Below, in pieces: positions 1 to 7,848 of a stretch of 64,000 bases of DNA. Origin of the DNA: Thermotogota bacterium ADurb.Bin062 (GTDB taxonomy: Bacteria > Thermotogota > Thermotogae > MWEM01). The DNA lies in the NCBI GenBank assembly GCA_002071085.1, contig MWEM01000007.1, forward strand, positions 17,618 through 81,617, written 5' to 3'. The notes beneath the pieces were generated by a model that saw nothing but the letters and a program-made list of their open reading frames with translations, had not been told where the DNA came from and ran no database searches. Every line of letters begins with the position of its first letter. The first letter of the stretch is position 1. Position numbers and translations under genes: made by a program.

Positions 1-886
1 CCAATCGCGTGACCCGGAGGCCATACTGACGGAAGTGGCTGCCCTCGGAGAACGAGGAGTGAAACGTTTCCGTTTGGGGCGCGCCGCCAATATCCTTGCC
101 TACGGTGACCGAGGAGAGGGGCCCGATCCGTTCGCTCTACTCCGCATCTATCGAGGGATACGAGAACGGGTGCCGGACCTGCGCACCCTGCATACCGACA
201 ACACGAACCCCCAATACATCGCCGACCACCCGGTCGCGTCCGCGAAGATCCTCGAAACGATCTCGGAGTACAACACTCCTGGCGACATCCTATCATTCGG
301 AGTCGAATCTTTCGATGAGGGCGTCATCCGTTCGAACAACCTCGGTACGCGGGTGGAATCTATCTACGAAGCGATCAAACTGGTCAACGAGATCGGGGGA
401 TTTCGGAAAGAAGGCATTCCAGCGCTCCTACCGGGTATTAACCTGATCGCCGGGCTGATCGGAGAGACGAAACGCACTTTCGAAAAAAACTTCGACGCGT
501 TGAAAATGATCTTGGAAAAAGGGTGGTTGTTGCGTCGCATCAATCTCCGCCAGGTGATGGTCTTCCCGAAGACGCCCCTTTCAGCTTACAGGCAAACCCA
601 TTTTCTCCCTTTCCATACGAGGGAGTTCCGGCGTTTCAAGGAGAAGGTGCGTACGGAAATTGACAGACCGATGCTCGAGCGGGTCTTCCCCGTCGGAACG
701 GTCATACCCGACGTCATCACGGAGTATCGTGAAGGGAACAACACCTTCGGAAGGCCCTTGTGGACCTATGGAATCTTGATCGGCATCAGGTCCACGCTCC
801 CTATTGGGAAAAAGGTAACGATCTCGGTTACCGAGTACGGCTTTCGCTCCCTCACCGGCGAATTGATATCCGTTCAAGAGAACTAA
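1..886 (+). CDS. Radical SAM-type protein with C-terminal TRAM-like domain (5'-partial; gene begins upstream of window)
   Basis: Open frame from position 2 to a stop at 884-886. The C-terminal ~60 aa (KKVTISVTEYGFRSLTGEL) resembles a TRAM beta-barrel. The upstream part resembles the C-terminal half of radical SAM enzymes, but the CxxxCxxC motif lies outside the window. Confidence 0.55.
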   Translation, partial: QSRDPEAILTEVAALGERGVKRFRLGRAANILAYGDRGEGPDPFALLRIYRGIRERVPDLRTLHTDNTNPQYIADHPVASAKILETISEYNTPGDILSFGVESFDEGVIRSNNLGTRVESIYEAIKLVNEIGGFRKEGIPALLPGINLIAGLIGETKRTFEKNFDALKMILEKGWLLRRINLRQVMVFPKTPLSAYRQTHFLPFHTREFRRFKEKVRTEIDRPMLERVFPVGTVIPDVITEYREGNNTFGRPLWTYGILIGIRSTLPIGKKVTISVTEYGFRSLTGELISVQEN

Positions 887-898
887 CCGAAGGAGGAA

Positions 899-907
899 AG
901 CGGATAC
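899..907. repeat. Target-site duplication AGCGGATAC (left copy) flanking MITE copy A
   Basis: The 9-mer agcggatac sits immediately 5' of the element and again at 1268-1276 immediately 3' of it. Confidence 0.7.
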
Positions 908-929
908 GTGTGGGTCAAGCTTTGGGGTG
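908..929. repeat. Left terminal inverted repeat of MITE copy A
   Basis: gtgtgggtcaagctttggggtg; its reverse complement matches 1246-1267. Confidence 0.7.
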
Positions 930-1245
930 TAATCAAGAAACAAGACCAGAATCAATCGCACGGTTTTTAGTCCGTGTGGTCATCGCGGCGTAAGCGCCCC
1001 TTCTTTTCGCGACGGCGCGATACGCTTTTGTATATGTCTTGAAAAATATGGTTCGCACGGAGGACACGGAGAACACAGAGAAAAGAATCTTGTGAACGTC
1101 TTGTGAACGTCTTTGGAACGCCTCGGAACGCCGTCTTTCAGTTCGGCAGGTCTTAAAAGAGAACGGCAGCAGAGCGTATCGCGAGACTTCGTGAGCTTCC
1201 GAAGACAGCCCGCTGGTTACCCCACGATGAACCTCTTAGTTATGT

Positions 1246-1267
1246 CACCCCTTAACTTGACCCACAC
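1246..1267. repeat. Right terminal inverted repeat of MITE copy A
   Basis: caccccttaacttgacccacac; reverse complement is gtgtgggtcaagttaaggggtg. Confidence 0.7.
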
Positions 1268-1276
1268 AGCGGATAC
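1268..1276. repeat. Target-site duplication AGCGGATAC (right copy)
   Basis: Identical 9-mer to 899-907. Confidence 0.7.
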
Positions 1277-1299
1277 ACGTCCGGTTGGGTATGTGTTCC

Positions 1300-2079
1300 T
1301 CAGTCCTCGGTTCGGAACGGTTCGACCGAGATACCTGCGGCGATCAGAGCCTCCTGCAAGACTTTTGCAAAGCGGGCGGCGCCGGGGGTATCCGAGTGAA
1401 GACACAAGGTGTCGCATACGCAAGGTACGAGCGCGCCCTCGACGCTGACGACCTCCCCTTTACGGATCAGGCGAATGGCGCGGGGCACGAGTTCTTTTTC
1501 CGGAACGAAGGCGTTGGGGTCTCTGCGGGAGACCAAGCTGCCGTCGGAATGGATCTGCCGGTCGAGGAAGGCTTCCCGTGCGAAGCGGAGTCCTTGTTCG
1601 GTCGTCACTCGTTCTAACGCTGACCCCGAAAGGCCGACGATCACCAAAGAGGGATCGTAGGCCTTTACGGCCTCGACGATGGGGATAGCGATGCCCTCCT
1701 CGCGCGCGGCCATATTGTATAGCGCTCCGTGAGGTTTCACGTGAGCTAGGCGTAGGCCTCTAACCCGCAGGAAGGCGTCCAGAGCTCCCAGTTGGTAAAG
1801 GACATCGGTTCGGATTTCGTCTGCGGGCAGCGAAAGCTCTCGGCGTCCAAAACCTCGGAGATCGAAAAACCCCGGGTGCGCCCCTATTTGAAGGCCGTAT
1901 CTTTCCGCCAGACCCACGGTTTTATCCAGGACTTTGGGGTCACCGGCGTGAAACCCGCACGCGATGTTGACCGAGGACACGTAAGGGAAAAGCCCCTCAT
2001 CCTCTCCTGACGAAAAGACACCGAAACTCTCTCCCGCATCGCAGTTGATATCGATCGTATCCGCAAACCGCCCTCTCAT
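1300..2079 (-). CDS. pxpA: 5-oxoprolinase subunit A (LamB/YcsF family)
   Basis: N-terminal hallmark IDINCDAGESFG and HPGFxDLxGFGRR; LamB/YcsF-like throughout. Start chosen at the ATG (MRGRFADT...) with GGGAGG 7 nt upstream, rather than the ORF-track start at 2121. Confidence 0.85.
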   Translation of the reverse strand: MRGRFADTIDINCDAGESFGVFSSGEDEGLFPYVSSVNIACGFHAGDPKVLDKTVGLAERYGLQIGAHPGFFDLRGFGRRELSLPADEIRTDVLYQLGALDAFLRVRGLRLAHVKPHGALYNMAAREEGIAIPIVEAVKAYDPSLVIVGLSGSALERVTTEQGLRFAREAFLDRQIHSDGSLVSRRDPNAFVPEKELVPRAIRLIRKGEVVSVEGALVPCVCDTLCLHSDTPGAARFAKVLQEALIAAGISVEPFRTED

Positions 2080-2278
2080 CCGACCGCCTCCCGTATGCCA
2101 CTTTTTTTGTTGTATAATCATATCACACGAGCGTGCGACTCCGTTTTGGATGTGTGAGGAAGCGAAACCGTGATTTTTTTTCGCAATGGAATCCCTTGAA
2201 TAGACCCATTATAATGTCTCTCTTGAAGTCGAAGGTTGTAAAAAGCGTGACGGGTGTTTTGGAAGGCGGACGATAGGA

Positions 2279-2983
2279 ATGAGAATTCAAGCCTATGAAA
2301 TCGAGAAAAAGTACCGATTTTTTTCTCTACCCCTTGCGGAGCAGTTCTTTCGACAACCCAACTTTCTTTGGCGGAAGATCGGCATCCTCCAGTGGTATTT
2401 GAACGAAAAAGAAGATACTGACCTATCGATACGTATCCGCTTGACGCTAAAGAAGGACGAGGAAGGGTTTAAAGAGGAGTGGGAGATCGGGAGTAAAAGG
2501 CCTGTCCCTCATCACCCTGAGCAGCGAGTAGAAACGCAAACGTCTTTCTCTTTCAGCGAGTGCCCTAGCGATGTGGCCTTAACCTTGGAGGAGTTTGGAG
2601 TGAAGTTGCCTGGCGACCTCGATCGATACCCGGTCTTGGCGAAAATACGGTATATTATGGTCAAACCCCTTAAGATCGTGCGCGTGGCGGAGGTCGTCTT
2701 GGATCACTTTATTTACCCGATAATGAAGAGAGGGGAGCGCGTACACCTCGAGCTCGAACTGAGAGACAAAACTCCCTTACCTGGTCAAGCGGAACAGTTT
2801 GAGAGTCTCTTCGGGCGACTCAATCTCTACACTTTCGCTCGTGATATCACCAGTAAAACTTACCTGTCAAACCGGAGCTTGGCAGAACGCGCTTTCGAAG
2901 AGGGAAAATGTGGATTCGGTATCGAAATGGGGCGGATGGAGATAGAGCGTCTTCTCAGAGCAAAGGAGCCTTTTGGCCGCTGA
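2279..2983 (+). CDS. Hypothetical protein, possible CYTH-like (triphosphate tunnel) domain
   Basis: The N-terminus EIEKKYRF resembles the CYTH signature ExExK; the rest has no recognised motifs. Its 3' end overlaps the convergent gene 2955..3563 by about 29 nt. Confidence 0.4.
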   Translation: MRIQAYEIEKKYRFFSLPLAEQFFRQPNFLWRKIGILQWYLNEKEDTDLSIRIRLTLKKDEEGFKEEWEIGSKRPVPHHPEQRVETQTSFSFSECPSDVALTLEEFGVKLPGDLDRYPVLAKIRYIMVKPLKIVRVAEVVLDHFIYPIMKRGERVHLELELRDKTPLPGQAEQFESLFGRLNLYTFARDITSKTYLSNRSLAERAFEEGKCGFGIEMGRMEIERLLRAKEPFGR

Positions 2984-3563
2984 GGTCGGAGGGGAGGTCG
3001 ATATCCTTCACGCAGAAAGGGTCCTCGGTTTCAACCCACCGCAAGGACTGTGACAAAGGCCCCAAAACAGTTTGGAGCCCGCGATCCCCGGTGATCGCCA
3101 TACCCTGGTCGAAAAACCGTGCGGGGAAGTAGAGCGGGAACCCCGGTGTGTTTTGGTAACGTGGCCGTATGATCGCCTCCGGTTCTTGGTTTGCTTTTTG
3201 ATAGACGGATTCCACTGTCGTCTCGCTGATGAATGGCATATCCCCGAGAAACAAAAAAACGCCTGACACCTTACGACGTATAGCCTCCCTGATCCCAACT
3301 TTTACGGACTCGGAAAGTCCTTCCCGGTAGCGTTCGTTGACGAAGACTTCGACTTCCCTAGACGCATCGATCGTTCGGGCGTTAATGGGGTTTGAAACGA
3401 CTAGAACTCGCCACGAATCTAGCGAGTCCGCACGCCGTTGCCTGAGTAGGGCTTTGTCGATCACCTGCTCGAGCACCGTCCGACCGGTGTCGGGCAATAC
3501 CGCGGCGAGCTTGTTTCCGCCAAAACGTTTTCCTTCGCCCGCCGCGAGAACGATCGAGAGAAA
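2955..3563 (-). CDS. MobA-like nucleotidyltransferase (molybdenum cofactor guanylyl/cytidylyltransferase family), start uncertain
   Basis: LFLGDMPFI and the general MobA-like fold. The nucleotide-binding motif IVLAAGEGKRFGGNK is encoded in-frame upstream of the first canonical start (TTG at 3497). No ATG/GTG/TTG lies between the upstream in-frame stop (3639-3641) and 3497. Confidence 0.5.
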   Translation of the reverse strand, partial: FLSIVLAAGEGKRFGGNKLAAVLPDTGRTVLEQVIDKALLRQRRADSLDSWRVLVVSNPINARTIDASREVEVFVNERYREGLSESVKVGIREAIRRKVSGVFLFLGDMPFISETTVESVYQKANQEPEAIIRPRYQNTPGFPLYFPARFFDQGMAITGDRGLQTVLGPLSQSLRWVETEDPFCVKDIDLPSDLSGQKAPLL

Positions 3564-3567
3564 CGAA

Positions 3568-5769
3568 CTATTCTTTAAATCGATAGTTGATGCCCTCCAG
3601 CTGGATTTTAAAGTTGGTTCCCAAGCCCAGGTAGTGTTTTAACTCCGGTAAGCGACGGATGAGATCGAAGTATTCGTCGCTGAAGGCCTTGACCTCGACG
3701 ACACCCTCTTCTCGGAAGTCGGTGTCCACCCAGGCGTTCTCCGCTTCATCGAACAAGAACACCTTTCCATACAGATTCCGGTAACCTTTGGCGCTTGCTC
3801 CCGTGCCGTAGGCTTTTTCCAACTCTTCGGTCGTCATCGACTGCACCATCAGGTTTTGCATCTTCGAGGCCTCGAAGGCGCCTTGTCCCGTCTGACTCAG
3901 AGTGGGTGCTGGAGCGGCGGAAGAAAAGGCGCGCATATCAAAAAGGATCTTCGGAACCGTGCCGTCGACGGACTCTATGTCTTTGTCTTGGCCCGTTACG
4001 CCTTCGAGGATCAGATAGGAGGTGTAGGGCGTCGGTATGCCGTATTTTTTGCTGAGCCGGACGATCTCTTCCCGCGCTTCCACTGTCTCGCCATTCAATT
4101 TGATGTGGTTTAGCAGTTCACTGATCCTACGAGAAGCCCAAAGTTTCGAGATGTAAGGGTTCGAGTGTTCGGAGAGCGTAACCGGATAGATTTGTTCGAA
4201 CGCGATCACACCGCTCCCGTCTAAGGCGGCGATCTTCCCGGTTATTCTTATCTGTAATTCTCCGTGGCCGGTGTAGCGGCCGAAGAGTTTCAAAGGGAAG
4301 TCCTTGTATATCGTAAGATTTCGAGAGGGGAGGAGGTCCGTGATTTGCGCATTCTCTCCTGCGATTTCTACCTGAATGTCCGTCATCAGGGGATTCGAGA
4401 CGTTTGCGAAGAGCTGGCTCACTTTCGCCTCGATGTTTTCTTTTTCTTCGACGTAAAAGGCCATCCCACCTGACTCTTGCGCTAACAGATCCAACAGGCC
4501 CGTGTTCACGTCATACCCAACACCGAAAACGAACAGTTTCGCGCCGGTCGCTTTCGCCCAGCCTATCGCGTCGGAGGTGATTTTGGATATGTTCAGGATA
4601 CCGGACGTCGGTTGGCCGTCAGTGAGAAAGATGACGTAATTGTTCTCATCCTCGTGATTGGTAAAGGCGGATAGGGTCCCCAGTCTCAACGCCTCGTGAA
4701 TATCCGTAGTGCCTCCTGCTGACGAGCCCTTCAACCACTTCAACGCATCCGGAGTATCCTTTTGATCGTACAGGGTTGTCAGAAGCTCTTTGCGGAACGG
4801 TGTCATCTTGTCATTAAACAATAACAGGCCGAACCGGTCTTCTTGGTTGAGTCTCTCCAGGATGAATTGAGCGGCTGCTAATGCTTGCGCGTATTTCGTA
4901 CCGTACATACTCCCGGACTTGTCCAAGACGACCATTACGCTCTTCTGCAGGGTTCCCACATCAGGGTAATAGGGGAGGATGTCCAGCATAAACGTGCCTA
5001 TTTCGGGCTCTTCTTCATCATTGACGAAATAGGCTTCGTAACGACGCTCTCCGTAGCCGATGAAGAGGACGAAATCTTGAGAGGGGAACAGGTTTTCTTC
5101 CGCATAAACAAAGGAGACCGCTTCTTGTGGTTGAGGGGTGAAGGCCAAGGTGTGCGTCGGCGAGTTGACGGTATAGACCAAACGTTGCGAGTGGATGACC
5201 CCTTCGATTTTTATTCTCCCGATGTTGCCCTTGAGCAGAGAATCGATTTTGAGCGGGTAGACTAACTTGTGGTAATCACCTGTTTTATCGACCTCTTGAT
5301 AGTATTCCACCTCTATTTCTCGCTTTTCGAAGGGAGCAAAGGGGAAAAGGCGGATGCGGATCATACGCTGGCCGATATATTCCAGCAAAGCCGGGTCTCT
5401 TTGCTGCCTTACGTAGCTTTCGTAGAGCAAGCGCGCCTCGTCTTTCTCCATAATGGTGCCCTCGTAGACCACGCCGTTCACGGCCATCTTGAAATCGGTG
5501 ATAACGGTTTGATCGGGTAAGGGAAAGAGGTAGACGACCTCCACCTTTGCGTTCGACTCGTTATAGAATACTTCTCGAATCGAAAACTTCGCGATATCTT
5601 CGTTGATATCGATATGGACGAGGTGTTCTAACATAGAAACCGGGTTTCGTGGGAAAACGACAACGGGTTGCAGATCTATCCGTTCGGAATACGGTATCAT
5701 CACGCCGTTCGCAGAAAGCAGAGCGGAAAGGGTTATCAGGGCCAGTAACCAAAACAGATACTTACGCAC
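3568..5769 (-). CDS. Secreted VIT (vault/inter-alpha-trypsin) plus von Willebrand factor A domain protein
   Basis: N-terminal signal peptide, a VIT-like N-terminal region, and a vWA MIDAS motif (VLDKSGSM ... GGTTDI ... FLTDGQPT). Confidence 0.8.
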   Translation of the reverse strand: MRKYLFWLLALITLSALLSANGVMIPYSERIDLQPVVVFPRNPVSMLEHLVHIDINEDIAKFSIREVFYNESNAKVEVVYLFPLPDQTVITDFKMAVNGVVYEGTIMEKDEARLLYESYVRQQRDPALLEYIGQRMIRIRLFPFAPFEKREIEVEYYQEVDKTGDYHKLVYPLKIDSLLKGNIGRIKIEGVIHSQRLVYTVNSPTHTLAFTPQPQEAVSFVYAEENLFPSQDFVLFIGYGERRYEAYFVNDEEEPEIGTFMLDILPYYPDVGTLQKSVMVVLDKSGSMYGTKYAQALAAAQFILERLNQEDRFGLLLFNDKMTPFRKELLTTLYDQKDTPDALKWLKGSSAGGTTDIHEALRLGTLSAFTNHEDENNYVIFLTDGQPTSGILNISKITSDAIGWAKATGAKLFVFGVGYDVNTGLLDLLAQESGGMAFYVEEKENIEAKVSQLFANVSNPLMTDIQVEIAGENAQITDLLPSRNLTIYKDFPLKLFGRYTGHGELQIRITGKIAALDGSGVIAFEQIYPVTLSEHSNPYISKLWASRRISELLNHIKLNGETVEAREEIVRLSKKYGIPTPYTSYLILEGVTGQDKDIESVDGTVPKILFDMRAFSSAAPAPTLSQTGQGAFEASKMQNLMVQSMTTEELEKAYGTGASAKGYRNLYGKVFLFDEAENAWVDTDFREEGVVEVKAFSDEYFDLIRRLPELKHYLGLGTNFKIQLEGINYRFKE

Positions 5770-5848
5770 ACTATCGCCTCCATCGGAATATAATTAGACA
5801 CACCGTTACTGACGGCAAAACCCCATAGCCTATTGTACGTGGTGCCGT

Positions 5849-6763
5849 TCACTCTTTCGGACCGAAGAACGCGTTCCCCCAAGCATAATCGGCGGGGCAT
5901 AAACGGTAGTGGGCGTCAAAGACGTTCTGCTCCCCCGAAACCGTTCCCATAAAGGCCACACGGGTATCGACGGCGCATTCGGAAAGGGCCAGGCGGATAT
6001 CCCATTGCATATTGCTCTCGAACACGTTGTATTTCATTTGGCAGTCAACTTTTCCCGACAAGACGAGACCGTCTACGCTGTTATTTTTGAAGCTGTTGGA
6101 GAGGAGCTCTATGACGGTGTCTCCTCCCAAAAAGCAGGCCTTAAGGTTTTCAGAGAACAGGTTCTTCTCGACTCGGCACGGTTTCTTGCCGGTTAAAAAG
6201 AGCCCGGTCGCGAACCCCCGTACTTCGTTGTATTGGATCACCGTTTCTCCGATGCCCAAAGAGAGGACGCCGTGACTGGACAGCGAGGCGTTTTTTGACT
6301 TCAGAAAAGGTCCGTACAAGATGTTGTTGCCGAAGAACAGGCTGTGGTTGAAGGTGACGGCCCGTATGCCGTCTTGGCCAGCCTGTATCGTGTTCTCGAG
6401 AATACGGGCGTTCGACATAGCCAAAGAGACCGCGATCGCGCCCCCGTGTATGGTCATTCCCTCGATGGTGAGCGCAGGGCAGTTCTCGACCCAGATCGTC
6501 GGAATCAGGGTGTCGGCCGGTCTCAACACCACACGTCCCCGCCCCTCTCCCTTGAGGTTCAGGGCCTTTTGGAATCGGATATTCTCGACATAGGTCCCGG
6601 CGCGAATGAGAATGGTGTCTCCGGAAGAGGCCGCGAAGACGGCTTGTTTGATCGTGCGATAGTCGGACGCGCCTCCTCCCACCGTTAAGATCGCAGAAAA
6701 GGATACGGTGAAAGAGAAAATCGACAGCGTCAATAGAAGGATGCCTGCAGTTCGTAAACCCAT
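5849..6763 (-). CDS. Secreted right-handed parallel beta-helix repeat protein (NosD/pectate-lyase-like fold)
   Basis: Signal peptide plus repeated G/N-rich beta-helix turns (GNNIL..G, ENT, HGG). Confidence 0.65.
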   Translation of the reverse strand: MGLRTAGILLLTLSIFSFTVSFSAILTVGGGASDYRTIKQAVFAASSGDTILIRAGTYVENIRFQKALNLKGEGRGRVVLRPADTLIPTIWVENCPALTIEGMTIHGGAIAVSLAMSNARILENTIQAGQDGIRAVTFNHSLFFGNNILYGPFLKSKNASLSSHGVLSLGIGETVIQYNEVRGFATGLFLTGKKPCRVEKNLFSENLKACFLGGDTVIELLSNSFKNNSVDGLVLSGKVDCQMKYNVFESNMQWDIRLALSECAVDTRVAFMGTVSGEQNVFDAHYRLCPADYAWGNAFFGPKE

Positions 6764-6774
6764 ACCACTACCCC

Positions 6775-7842
6775 CTATGTTATACTTTTTGGCGCAGACG
6801 ACGGTGTGATCACCTTTTGTGTTGGGAAGGCAAATACGATTCCCTTATCTCGGAAAGCTTCGATAATTCCAAAATTGATCGCTTGTTGCGCGTCCATATA
6901 GGCCATATAGTCTCTTTTGTCCACCCAGTAGACGATGTCGTATATAAAACTATGGGTACCGATGCTCGAGAGGTGGGCTCTTGAAAACTCGAGATCAGGA
7001 TTCCGATCGACGATCTCTTGGACGATGCCGGGGATGGCTTTCAGGGTTTCGAGTGGTGTATCGAATGGAAGGCTCAATTGGAACAGGGCTCTCCTTTGCA
7101 CCATCCTTTTATAGTTGCGGATAGAGGATTCCGTGAGCAAAGAATTGGCGATCACGAGCTGTTCTCCGGTCAGACTCCTGAGTCGGGTGGTCCGCAATCC
7201 GATCTTTTCGATCGTCCCGGAATATTCTCCGAAGACGATGAAGTCCCCCGGCTCGAAGGGTTTATCCAACAAAATCGAGAAATAGCCGAACAGATCCCCC
7301 AGGATCTTTTGCGACGCCAGTGCGACCGCTATTCCCGTAATTCCCAATCCTGTGAGGATGCCGTTGATGTCGTATCCGAGGCTCTTCATCACCCCGACGA
7401 TGCCGAGAGTCCAAGCCACGATCTTCACAATCGAGGTTAGGCTTTTTAAGCCCTGTATCTGGGCTGTGTTCTCGGGGTGTTTTCGCGCGTAATTTTGAAC
7501 GCCGAAAACGATAGTCGCAGTCACGAATCGGATGATAGCGACGGTCAACAGAATCGAGCCGATCGCGTTCACGATGTCACGCCAGGATTGGGGCATATCG
7601 ATGGGGGTGAGCGCGATTATGAATACCAGATAATAGAAAACCGGGAGTGTGGTTGTCACGAGGATCGTGCTCAGAAAGGTAAAGAACGGGGCGTCCGCCT
7701 TTTTTCCGATCGAGCGTAGCCGTTTAGCCGTCCACCGTTTACCGACGAGTAGAATGATCACGCCAACGAGGGCGACCGCGATGGCTATCAAGTACTTATA
7801 GACGGGATTCCCTAAGTATTGAACGGTGAATACCTTTTCCAT
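6775..7842 (-). CDS. Mechanosensitive ion channel family protein (MscS family)
   Basis: Three or more N-terminal TM helices, then the MscS beta domain (GDFIVFGEYSGTIEKIGLRTTRLRSLTGEQLVIANS). Confidence 0.85.
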   Translation of the reverse strand: MEKVFTVQYLGNPVYKYLIAIAVALVGVIILLVGKRWTAKRLRSIGKKADAPFFTFLSTILVTTTLPVFYYLVFIIALTPIDMPQSWRDIVNAIGSILLTVAIIRFVTATIVFGVQNYARKHPENTAQIQGLKSLTSIVKIVAWTLGIVGVMKSLGYDINGILTGLGITGIAVALASQKILGDLFGYFSILLDKPFEPGDFIVFGEYSGTIEKIGLRTTRLRSLTGEQLVIANSLLTESSIRNYKRMVQRRALFQLSLPFDTPLETLKAIPGIVQEIVDRNPDLEFSRAHLSSIGTHSFIYDIVYWVDKRDYMAYMDAQQAINFGIIEAFRDKGIVFAFPTQKVITPSSAPKSIT

Positions 7843-7848
7843 ATGAGA

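Larger units (their letters stand above)
908..1267 (+). mobile_element. MITE-like non-autonomous element, copy A (360 bp, intact)
   Basis: 22-bp terminal inverted repeats: gtgtgggtcaagctttggggtg at 908-929 and caccccttaacttgacccacac at 1246-1267, with 20 of 22 positions complementary. Flanked by a perfect 9-bp direct repeat. No ORF of credible size. Internal direct repeats cttgtgaacgt x2 and ggaacgcc x2, plus a CACRGAG heptad run. Homologous copies lie at ~12138 and ~21107-21474. Confidence 0.7.

Noticed and set aside
1113-1448. ORFs of 60-130 aa inside or antisense to the MITE copies and adjacent genes (1113..1448, 1217..1423, 12086..12313, 12161..12352, 21049..21447)
   Set aside because: They lie within the repeated non-coding elements or antisense to well-supported genes. 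They have no RBS and odd Arg/Ser-rich composition; treated as spurious.
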